Shown in pieces: positions 10,009-18,305 of a stretch of 62,171 nucleotides of DNA. Each line of letters opens with the position of its first letter. The stretch's first letter is position 1. The stretch comes from Bacteroidota bacterium (lineage in GTDB: Bacteria > Bacteroidota > Bacteroidia > Bacteroidales > JAUZOH01), in assembly GCA_030706565.1 (NCBI GenBank), contig JAUZOH010000001.1, positions 1-62,171 on the forward strand. The letters are read 5' to 3'. Below the pieces are notes generated by a model, which was not told the origin of the DNA, did no database searches, and was given only the letters and a program-made list of their open reading frames with translations. A program made the position numbers and the translations under genes.

Positions 10009-10923
10009 ATGAAAATTAATTATGACATAAAAGCATGGAAAGGGAAACAGCCGGTAAAAGTATTGGAAGATAAACTTGATGATTATAAAAAAGAAGTATT
10101 AACTAATTTGAATTTAATCCAATATGAAAATGTGTTTGACTATGATTACACCGAAATATCAATTCAAACAGGTCCTTTTGCTGGAATTGATAAAAGAATA
10201 AAAATAGAAGAATCATTTCAATCATTTATTTGGATTTGGTCTTATTGCCTAATGACATTATATGATGAAGGTGTTGCAAAACCAAGATTGAAGATTACAA
10301 ACTCTAAATCAAAGATTAAACAAGCTTTTGATTTATTAGATTATGGATATACATTACTTGACAATTTCCAGAATTGGGATTTAAAGCTTCCAAACCCTCA
10401 AGAATATGATATATCTGATTCTTATTATATAGAAAAGGCAAATGGCGTTTACATTTTCGCCATGAATGAATTATATCTGCATGAAATTGGACATATCCAT
10501 AATGGAGATATTGATAAACTTATAAATCATAATACTGGTAGGTATATTATAGATTTAGCTGAAAGGAAATCTTTTGAATATAATGCAGACAAATTTGCTT
10601 TTGAAAAGTTAGTAATTGGTATAAAAAATCCAATTTATAACAAAACAATTGAGTTTGGAATAATCTCTGGCTTCTCAGCTCTCATTATGATTCAAACTAC
10701 ATTGAAAGACTATTCAGGTATGTATCCAGATGCAGATGAAAGATACAAAATAGCGATAGAATCTCTGAATATTCATGAAGAAGATAATCTATGGGGAATT
10801 GCTTGTTTGGCATGGAAACTATGGAGTAATAAAAATTCAAGAGATTTAGATTGGGCAGTAGAATACGACACCTACAAAGAATTATTTCAAGCAACAATTG
10901 TAAAAGTAAACGATTTTAAGTAA
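10009..10923 (+). CDS. ImmA/IrrE-like (M78-type) HExxH metallopeptidase-like protein
   Basis: 304 aa with LHEIGHIHNGD followed ~25 aa later by ERKSFEYNADKFAFEKL (HExxH ... E..A..FA pattern). No HTH or signal peptide is present. Confidence 0.55.
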   Translation: MKINYDIKAWKGKQPVKVLEDKLDDYKKEVLTNLNLIQYENVFDYDYTEISIQTGPFAGIDKRIKIEESFQSFIWIWSYCLMTLYDEGVAKPRLKITNSKSKIKQAFDLLDYGYTLLDNFQNWDLKLPNPQEYDISDSYYIEKANGVYIFAMNELYLHEIGHIHNGDIDKLINHNTGRYIIDLAERKSFEYNADKFAFEKLVIGIKNPIYNKTIEFGIISGFSALIMIQTTLKDYSGMYPDADERYKIAIESLNIHEEDNLWGIACLAWKLWSNKNSRDLDWAVEYDTYKELFQATIVKVNDFK

Positions 10924-10943
10924 AATAAAATAACACCAGCTGG

Positions 10944-11073
10944 TAACACGCGGTCATAAAACATTGGGGTTTAAGTGGTATGCCAAGCTCATCCCTCGCT
11001 GGCAAGGTTCTTATCGGTTGATAGATTCGCAGCTCCGAATTCCCCAACGTTTCATACCACCAACCGTTGTGTG
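10944..11073. repeat. 130-nt imperfect inverted repeat / structured spacer
   Basis: The arms are TAACACGCGGTCATAAAACATTGGGG and CCCCAACGTTTCATACCACCAACCGTTGTGTG. GC content is visibly higher than in the flanks. Confidence 0.6.
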
Positions 11074-11094
11074 TAATGCAAAAAAAGACAGTAC

Positions 11095-13860
11095 ATGAAA
11101 TTTAAAACCCAACATTTAAGAAATATTATAGATGCTAACAATGATAATCGATTAGCAATTTTTATTGGAGCTGGAGTTTCAAAAAATTCTGAAACGAAAG
11201 GACTAAAACTACCAACATGGCAAGATTTAATTGATGATTTGAAGAAGGATTTAGAATTAACTAGTGAGACTGACTTTTTAAAAATAGCACAACTTTATTA
11301 TCTTGAATTTAAAGAGTATTCATATCTTAAAAAACTAAAAAAATATTTCCCTGATAGCATAAGACCTTCTTCAATACACAAACAAATATTTGATTTAAAT
11401 CCTCAAGTAATTATTACAACAAATTGGGATACAATTCTTGAGAAAACAATAGAAGAAAATGCATATATCTATGATGTAATTCGTTGTGATGAAGATTTAG
11501 TTAAATCCACTATTCAAAAGAAAGTGATTAAAATGCATGGGGATTTTAAAAATCACAATATAGTTTTCAAAGAAGATGATTACTTGAATTATCAATATAA
11601 TTTTCCATTAATCGAAAATTACGTAAAAAGCATTTTGTCTACTCATACGGTACTTTTTCTTGGTTATTCATATAATGATATTGATTTCAAACAAATAATG
11701 AAGTGGTTGCAAAATTATTCAAAAGTACAACCGCCTAGATATCTAACTGTCTTTTATGAAAATTCAACCCAAAATAAGTATTTAGAAAATCATGGAATAA
11801 CCACATTTGTGCTTGATGAACCCAATGGTTCAATGAATCTTCAAAGCGACTATACTGAGAATACAAAGTATTTCTTAGACTTGATAAAAAATGATGAAAG
11901 AATAAACTTCTTAAAAACAGAGAATGACATTATCAATTTTGTTTTCAATAAATTAAAGGTGCTTTCTGAACTAAATGGTATTTTAATTGAACAAATACAA
12001 ACCTCATTGACTAATTGTGGTTTTCTGTATGATGATAGCAATAAAACAATATTGGAATTCCGAGATAAAATACTCACATATGACTTAAATAAAGAAAAGA
12101 GAAATATTTATAAGGAATTTGTAAAAATACTAAATAAGCAAAACGATAAAGAATTATCAAACAAGACTCTGTATAGTATTTTTGAAATTTTAAGTAAAGC
12201 TAATATTCAAGGAATTGTTATCACCGAAGACGACTTATCAACAAGGCAAAAGAAATATATAGTTCTTGATGACTATTTAACAAATAAAGAATTTAATCTT
12301 GAATCAAAGTATCTTGATTTCAATTTTTTAATTGAGGACAAATCAACAAATGATATTTATGAATTGCTTCAAAAATCATTCATTTTATATCAGCTTGAAG
12401 ATTATGAAAAAGCTTATGAGATTGTTGAAAAAACAATAATACAGTGTTTAAAACAGAAAAATTACACTGTTTTATTTATTTCAATGTTTAATAAAAATGT
12501 TCTTCTCTGGAATTTGAAATATGGCTTTTTCCAAAATAGAAAAGCATATGAAAACATTGAAGAATATAACTTAGAAGAAAAGTTTAATCAGCTTCCAAAA
12601 GACTTACAAAAAGCTCTTAAGCCAATTTATAACTTTTTAAACTCTTGTTATTTGTACAAATTTGCGTACAGAATATCAGAAGAATTAAATAAAAAAGAGG
12701 AATCTAAAAAAACTATCAAATCTGGCGGTTTTGTTTTAAACTCTAATATTACTGAATCTTCTTCAAAACATAAAAATCTAATTTTATTTGTACTTCGTAA
12801 TGGAATAATTTTAGAAGGAAGAAGCGAATTTCAAAGTATCAATAAATATTTTCTGAAAATTTCTATTATAAGACAGGTTCAAAATAAAGCGACTACATTT
12901 AATGAAATAGAGTTTTTTTCAGCGATAAAATATTTGTCAAATAAAGAATTAAAGCATCTACTATCTGATTTTTTCAAGTATGATTCTGAACAAAAGGGAA
13001 AATTTGAAATTTCAGAAGAAAATAAAGATTGGTTAATTAATAGGGTATTAATAAATCTTATAAATAGATATATAAATTCCGATAATGCGTTTAACACATT
13101 TGAAAAATACTTAGAGAATACAATCTTCTTACTTTCATTAACAAAACTATCAGATGATGAAATTTCAAAAATTTTAGAAAGCTTTAATATCATTATCGAT
13201 AAAGCTAAAAATACAATTGGAATTTACGAATCAATAAATCTTTTCTTGGAAAACCAATATAATCTTCATAGTACATCCATTAATGAGAGTTCATTACTTA
13301 ATTTGATAAAATCCATAATTAATAAATTTGTAAGCAAGCAATATAATGGATATGATTTTCATGCTATTACACGCAATGAAATTTCGAATTTATATGGTTA
13401 TGCAAGAGAACAAAAAGCAATTTTTAAAGAAAAAGCATTGATTAATAAATTAATTGATGCATCAAAAGAACTACCAATAGAAGAACAATTAAATATTTCA
13501 GAATCTCTTCTTCTTAGTATTTATGATATTTCTACTGATGAAATTAAGACAAAAATTAAAGAATATATTTTGAGCATAAAATCAAGTGAAACAAAAGAAA
13601 AACATGATTATTTAATATTTGAGCTCATCTTAATTATTCGTGATTTTAAAAATTTAGAAACATCTTTAATCAAAGAGCTTGAAGAATATTTTGAACCATA
13701 TAAAGACTCAAAGTCATTTTCTTCAATTTGGTATTCAATAGATGGTCAAATAGATTATTTAATAAAAGAAAAGCAACTAACTCAGCTCAAAGAAGTTTCT
13801 TCAACGATAAAAACGTTAATAGAAAACTTTAAGAAAAGTGAAAGATTTTCAATATTTTAA
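11095..13860 (+). CDS. SIR2-domain protein with a long helical C-terminal region (defence-associated sirtuin-like)
   Basis: 921 aa. The N-terminus carries RLAIFIGAGVSKNS, IITTNWDTILE and VIKMHGDF (SIR2_2-type motifs). About 700 aa of K/E/L/N-rich sequence follow without a P-loop. Confidence 0.75.
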   Translation: MKFKTQHLRNIIDANNDNRLAIFIGAGVSKNSETKGLKLPTWQDLIDDLKKDLELTSETDFLKIAQLYYLEFKEYSYLKKLKKYFPDSIRPSSIHKQIFDLNPQVIITTNWDTILEKTIEENAYIYDVIRCDEDLVKSTIQKKVIKMHGDFKNHNIVFKEDDYLNYQYNFPLIENYVKSILSTHTVLFLGYSYNDIDFKQIMKWLQNYSKVQPPRYLTVFYENSTQNKYLENHGITTFVLDEPNGSMNLQSDYTENTKYFLDLIKNDERINFLKTENDIINFVFNKLKVLSELNGILIEQIQTSLTNCGFLYDDSNKTILEFRDKILTYDLNKEKRNIYKEFVKILNKQNDKELSNKTLYSIFEILSKANIQGIVITEDDLSTRQKKYIVLDDYLTNKEFNLESKYLDFNFLIEDKSTNDIYELLQKSFILYQLEDYEKAYEIVEKTIIQCLKQKNYTVLFISMFNKNVLLWNLKYGFFQNRKAYENIEEYNLEEKFNQLPKDLQKALKPIYNFLNSCYLYKFAYRISEELNKKEESKKTIKSGGFVLNSNITESSSKHKNLILFVLRNGIILEGRSEFQSINKYFLKISIIRQVQNKATTFNEIEFFSAIKYLSNKELKHLLSDFFKYDSEQKGKFEISEENKDWLINRVLINLINRYINSDNAFNTFEKYLENTIFLLSLTKLSDDEISKILESFNIIIDKAKNTIGIYESINLFLENQYNLHSTSINESSLLNLIKSIINKFVSKQYNGYDFHAITRNEISNLYGYAREQKAIFKEKALINKLIDASKELPIEEQLNISESLLLSIYDISTDEIKTKIKEYILSIKSSETKEKHDYLIFELILIIRDFKNLETSLIKELEEYFEPYKDSKSFSSIWYSIDGQIDYLIKEKQLTQLKEVSSTIKTLIENFKKSERFSIF

Positions 13861-13882
13861 TGTGAAAGAAAGCACTACACAC

Positions 13883-13933
13883 AATAAATAGGACTCTGAG
13901 CGGTCTGCAAGACCCAGCGATGAGTCTGTGTTG
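13883..13933. repeat. Cassette-end hairpin repeat, copy A
   Basis: aataaataGGACTCTGAGCGGTCTGCAAGACCCAGCGATGAGTCTgtgttg lies 22 nt after the SIR2 stop codon and is identical to copy B. Confidence 0.8.
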
Positions 13934-14157
13934 GACTACAAACGCCGGGCGATGGGCTATGTACTTAATGAGGTTTTTTGATATTTTTTAAAGGCAGGCT
14001 AATTAACCGTTCTTTGAAGTTTTGTAAATTTTGCAGGGTTCGGAACTATCTGCAATCTGCAAAAATAGAATTATAAAAAAACAATGTTTTTCTTTGCTTT
14101 TTCTTCGCTATAAGACATAGCTTTCCCAGTTATGCCGTCAGCGTAAAAAAAGAGTTA

Positions 14158-14379
14158 TTAATTAAGAATGTTGCAACACTTATTCAGGAAATAATCATCC
14201 GGAGATCGTATCCGGGGAAGTTCCCTTACGATAACCATTCGTCCTGTTTTGCATGCCGGGCAAAGGCAGGGATTTATGCCGGTCAGCCGTTCAAATCGTT
14301 GCAGGCCGGTTTCATTTGTCTTTTCCTTTTGCATTATTATGGTCTCGATGCCTAGTTTGTCTTCAGGAACAAACTGCAA
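14158..14379 (-). pseudogene. C-terminal remnant of an IS91-like (Y2/zinc-finger) transposase
   Basis: The 73-aa ORF ends ...RFERLTGINPCLCPACKTGRMVIVRELPRIRSP. This resembles the C-terminal CxxC tail of IS91-family transposases as I recall them. No upstream coding sequence is present. Confidence 0.35.
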
Positions 14380-14702
14380 GTTAAGGTTTCATTTTGAACT
14401 ATGGTTGTAAATGCCATTTTATAAACAACTTTTTCAAAATCAGGAACAAGCACGATGGCCTATTCAACAATTGTTAAACCCGATATTTTTCTCTTAATCA
14501 AATTTTTTTTGAATTAATCTTTGGAGTATAAATAGAATCGGGTACTTTAAAATAGCTATCCGCACAGGCGGATTTAGTTCAACAATGCGTGGTTTACGTT
14601 AATTTGAAGCGACAGTGGAAAAAACGGATGATACCCACCCAGTGAAAACGGCCATACCCGTTCACTTTTTTGCATAATCAGTCAAGGCGCTGTAAAAATA
14701 GA

Positions 14703-15422
14703 TTATTTTTTTCTCAAAGTATCTCCTAAAAGATCAAAACGTAGAGCCGTATGTACAATTCTGTCTAGAATGGCATCAGCCGCAGTCGTATTTTTCTTCA
14801 TTACGTCATACCAATCAGCAACAGGAAGCTGACTGATTATAACAGTTGACTTTCTTGAATGCCTGTCCTCAATGATTTCCATGAAGTCCAGCAGTTGCTG
14901 TCCGTCCAGAACTTTCATACCAAAGTCATCCAGTATAAGCAGGTCGGTCTGTGCCATCCTGTCAAAGAACTTTGGCAAGGAGGACTCTATGCGTGCCATG
15001 GAGATGTGTTCAAAAAGTTTTTGCATGTTGAAGTACGCGACCTTGTAACCGGAAAGACAAGCCTGATACCCCAATGCTGTACCGAGCCAGCTCTTTCCAG
15101 TGCCCGAAGCTCCTGTGATAGTTACGGGCACGCCTTTTCTTATGTACTCACAGGTGGCCAGCCTCATGATCCTGTCCCTTTCCACACCTCGTGCAGCATC
15201 CATGGACAAATCTTCAATGCACACCTGATAGCGGAAGCGGGCGTCCTTGATAAGCCGGGCATTGCGGTTCTCCTTTCTCTGGTCCTGCTCCGACTGCAAT
15301 AGCAGCTGCAGGCCGTCACTGAAGGACATGGAGTCTACCTTTCTTGTTTCCTGTAACGAGAGCCAGCATTGTGCCATTCCCGGCATCCTGAGACTCTTCA
15401 GTTCATTTGCGATTTCATTCAT
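14703..15422 (-). CDS. istB: IS21 helper ATPase IstB
   Basis: 239 aa with Walker A GASGTGKSW and Walker B LLILDDFG, immediately downstream of istA. Confidence 0.9.
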   Translation of the reverse strand: MNEIANELKSLRMPGMAQCWLSLQETRKVDSMSFSDGLQLLLQSEQDQRKENRNARLIKDARFRYQVCIEDLSMDAARGVERDRIMRLATCEYIRKGVPVTITGASGTGKSWLGTALGYQACLSGYKVAYFNMQKLFEHISMARIESSLPKFFDRMAQTDLLILDDFGMKVLDGQQLLDFMEIIEDRHSRKSTVIISQLPVADWYDVMKKNTTAADAILDRIVHTALRFDLLGDTLRKK

Positions 15423-15451
15423 AACACTTTAATTTTTAAAAATTATACATA

Positions 15452-17029
15452 TTACTTGAATTGTTCTTTTCCTCTGATGTTGGCATGGTCGGGATGGGCA
15501 GGGATGCAGTCGATGGATTCTGTCTCATTGACTTCCTCCACCCCCTTGCATTTGCTTTTTACTAGTTGCAGGACGAAGGGATATCGATACTTCTGATATA
15601 TCAGGGCTGTCTCGCACGCCTTCCTGAACAGGTTTGGATCGGTCGTTCTCTGCAGGTGCAGCAGACCCTCACAGCTTCTGTAGAAGGTCTCAGGAGGCAC
15701 GGTTGCCGTCGCAAACATATATTCGATGACCTGGCCAAGCTCGTCCATCGCTTTCTTGCCACGTGTGACATAATACTCCGGAGACCGGTCACGGTAAGCC
15801 AGCGAGTTGGACGCGAGGTGTTCACGTACCAGCGTATAATGTCCGGCGGAGTAATCTCGTTGATGCGTTGCCACACATTCCCCCTGGCAATACACCTTTA
15901 CAAGTGTCCGGGTATAAATGACCTTGACTTTTTGTCCGATGAAGGAGTGCGGCACGGAGTAGTAGTGCTTGTCTCTTCCCAGATAGATGCACCCGTTGAC
16001 GCCCACCTTCAGCTGGGTATAGGAGCGTATCTCGAAGTCGGCGGATGGAAGCGGACGGAGCTCGGGCTTCTCAATGGCCAGGAACTGTTCCTCACGGGTA
16101 TATGGATGCTGCTGCATGCGTTTCTGATTGTGGACCTTCATTTTCTCCGCTACGGCTCTGTTCAATTCCTCCAGCGAATAGAAACGTTCGTTGCGCAAAG
16201 GGGCATAGACCCTCTGATAGACAAGCTTCACATGATCCTCGACAAGACTTTTGTCCTTTGGGTGTACCGGACGTGCCGGCAAGACAACGCAGCCATAATG
16301 GTTTGCAAGGTCCTCCATGACGCGGTTGATCTCCGGTTCATAGGGGTCGGTCTTGATGACGGCGGATTTCAGGTTGTCCGGGACAATTATTTTTGGAACG
16401 CCTCCAATGGATCTGAAACAGCTTGCAATGGCATACACCAGATCCTCGCTTCTTTGAGAGGGAACGCCCAGAGCGTAGCCATAGTCCGTTGCGGGCATAC
16501 ATGCGACAAACATCTGAACCGTAATGATCTCGCCCGTCTCCATGTCGGTGTACTCCATCGTGTCCCCGGCAAAGTCTATGAAGATCTTCTCTCCACCAAC
16601 AAAGGTGTCCTTCAAAACGGTTGAGGACCTTTCTTCTTCGGCCAACTTGTTCTGCCTGCAGTGAAAGCGGAACTGCGTAAGAGAGTATCCCTCTGGGTTC
16701 TCCGCCTTGTATTCCTCCCACAGGAGCTTGAGAGTTACATGTTTGCGAGCCTCTTCCTTTTTCAGGTAAGGGAGTTTCTCCTTAAGCTGCTCAAAACGCA
16801 TATCCGTGTAGGCCGGACTGCCGCCGGTCATGCGGTGCTCCAGCACGGGGTCGTCAAGCCTGAGAAGTCTGTTGATGTTCATACTGTCGGATTCCGCACG
16901 TTTGACGTAGCGGTTCACCGTTTCCTTGTTCATCTCCAATTGCGTGGCTATCTTACGGTTGGATACCCCATCCAGATGCAACTGGAGCACTTGTTTGATC
17001 TTGCTCATTTCTTTTGTCTTTCCTGCCAT
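15452..17029 (-). CDS. istA: IS21 transposase IstA
   Basis: The start was taken at MAGKTKEMSKIKQVLQLHLDGVSNRKIATQL (HTH). A DDE integrase core follows. The track ORF extends to 17293 across the terminal repeats. Confidence 0.9.
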   Translation of the reverse strand: MAGKTKEMSKIKQVLQLHLDGVSNRKIATQLEMNKETVNRYVKRAESDSMNINRLLRLDDPVLEHRMTGGSPAYTDMRFEQLKEKLPYLKKEEARKHVTLKLLWEEYKAENPEGYSLTQFRFHCRQNKLAEEERSSTVLKDTFVGGEKIFIDFAGDTMEYTDMETGEIITVQMFVACMPATDYGYALGVPSQRSEDLVYAIASCFRSIGGVPKIIVPDNLKSAVIKTDPYEPEINRVMEDLANHYGCVVLPARPVHPKDKSLVEDHVKLVYQRVYAPLRNERFYSLEELNRAVAEKMKVHNQKRMQQHPYTREEQFLAIEKPELRPLPSADFEIRSYTQLKVGVNGCIYLGRDKHYYSVPHSFIGQKVKVIYTRTLVKVYCQGECVATHQRDYSAGHYTLVREHLASNSLAYRDRSPEYYVTRGKKAMDELGQVIEYMFATATVPPETFYRSCEGLLHLQRTTDPNLFRKACETALIYQKYRYPFVLQLVKSKCKGVEEVNETESIDCIPAHPDHANIRGKEQFK

Positions 17030-17622
17030 GACTTTGATTATGCTTACTTGGGTACTGTTACACAGCACAAAGTAAACCGGACAAAAGTGAACGGACATGC
17101 TCCGTTTTTTAAAAAGTCTGGATAAGTGAACGGCAATGCTCCGTTTTGCTTTATCATCCAGTTCCTTACGAAGACAAATTGGGTGGCAATGCTCCGTTTT
17201 TAGGTGGATTTTTGCCTTACCAGAATTGTCTGGGTGGTAATGCTCCGTTTTTTTGTCTGTTTTTGCCTGTTCTTGCAGGAAATGAACGGACATGCTCCGT
17301 TTTTTAGGCCCTTTTTAGGACAAAAAGAAGGTTATTGAACTCCGTCTTTTTGGGTGGGTATGCTCCGATTTTTCCACGACAGAATCCGCCGGTAGGTTTG
17401 CAGCCGTTGAAACCAACATGATCACGTTTCCCGCACTGTGTCTATCCCTGACAGTTAGTGGTAATTTTGAATTTTTGGAAAAAGTAATTGAACAGAAAAG
17501 TAACTCGTGGGTTAATAATATTGGATAAATATTTAATAAATTTTAAAATCATATATTATTTCATACTTTTGTACAATAATCAAGTATGGCAATAGTTAAA
17601 AGATTAAATTAAAAGGAAGGTT

Positions 17623-17859
17623 ATGAGTACCATATTGGAAAGTTTAAAGTCATACTTTCAAAACAATTCCAGAGAGCAAATAGAAAGGGATTGGGCTGAA
17701 TTTGAAAAGTACGATAAAATAGGACTTAAAGTAGATGAGTTTTTAGAACGATGCAAATTGTTATATGAACAAGATACAAAAGATACCTACTGGGAATATA
17801 ATTGTTTAAATCAAATAATTAAAAATCCGAAGTTCGCTTCGGATTTTTTTTTAATTTAG
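17623..17859 (+). CDS. Hypothetical small protein (candidate antitoxin of the chaperone cassette)
   Basis: 78-aa acidic ORF with a hydrophobic/aromatic tail KNPKFASDFFLI. It is the first gene of a 3-gene same-strand cassette. Confidence 0.45.
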   Translation: MSTILESLKSYFQNNSREQIERDWAEFEKYDKIGLKVDEFLERCKLLYEQDTKDTYWEYNCLNQIIKNPKFASDFFLI

Positions 17860-17885
17860 TTTTCTAAAATTAACTATGACATTAA

Positions 17886-18293
17886 ATGAATAAAGCCGCA
17901 TTTACTTTAGAAAAATATCGATTTGAGAAAGTAATGATTGATTTTTCAAAAAAATCATCAAATGATTTAGACATCGGTTTTGAACCGTCTGGAAAATTTT
18001 TCTCGTCTGACTCTAGTTATGAACTAAAATTTGTATTTATTGCTCATAACGAAAATCCGAAAAATGCATTTGTTCAAATTGAATGTATTGCTCAGTTTAA
18101 ATTTGAAGAAAACATAAAATTTGAAGAGATCCCATCCTATTTTTACAGAAATAGTATTGCCATAATCTTTCCGTATGTTAGAGCTTTTATTAGTACTGTA
18201 ACTTTACAAGCTAACATTCCACCAATTGTAATTCCAACAATGAATTTATCTTCTTTGGAGAATCCTTTAAAAGAAAATACAATACAGATTTAA
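17886..18293 (+). CDS. SecB-like chaperone
   Basis: 135 aa. ...FVQIECIAQFKFEE...YFYRNSIAIIFPYVRAFISTVTLQANIPPIVIPTMNL matches the C-terminal LFPY.R...S.....GFPP..L.P.NF signature of SecB. Confidence 0.6.
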   Translation: MNKAAFTLEKYRFEKVMIDFSKKSSNDLDIGFEPSGKFFSSDSSYELKFVFIAHNENPKNAFVQIECIAQFKFEENIKFEEIPSYFYRNSIAIIFPYVRAFISTVTLQANIPPIVIPTMNLSSLENPLKENTIQI

Positions 18294-18305
18294 CTTGACA
18301 TTACA

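Larger units (their letters stand above)
14616..17376 (-). mobile_element. Intact IS21-family insertion sequence (istA-istB)
   Basis: The ends are TGGAAAAAACGGATGATACCCACCCA and TGGGTGGGTATGCTCCGATTTTTCCA (inverted). Multiple internal copies of ..ATGCTCCGTTTTT sit near the istA end. It is flanked by the direct repeat CGACAG (14610-14615, 17377-17382) and has ~50% GC against AT-rich flanks. Confidence 0.9.

Noticed and set aside
15566-16624. 352-aa plus-strand ORF, plus other ORFs at 15601-17125
   Set aside because: These are shadow ORFs antisense to, or out of frame with, istA. They are expected in the ~50% GC IS21 sequence.
17030-17293. N-terminal 88-aa extension of the IstA ORF
   Set aside because: The extension is a translation of the reiterated IS21 subterminal repeats (MSVHF... 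appears twice). The HTH-containing start at 17029 fits IstA proteins.
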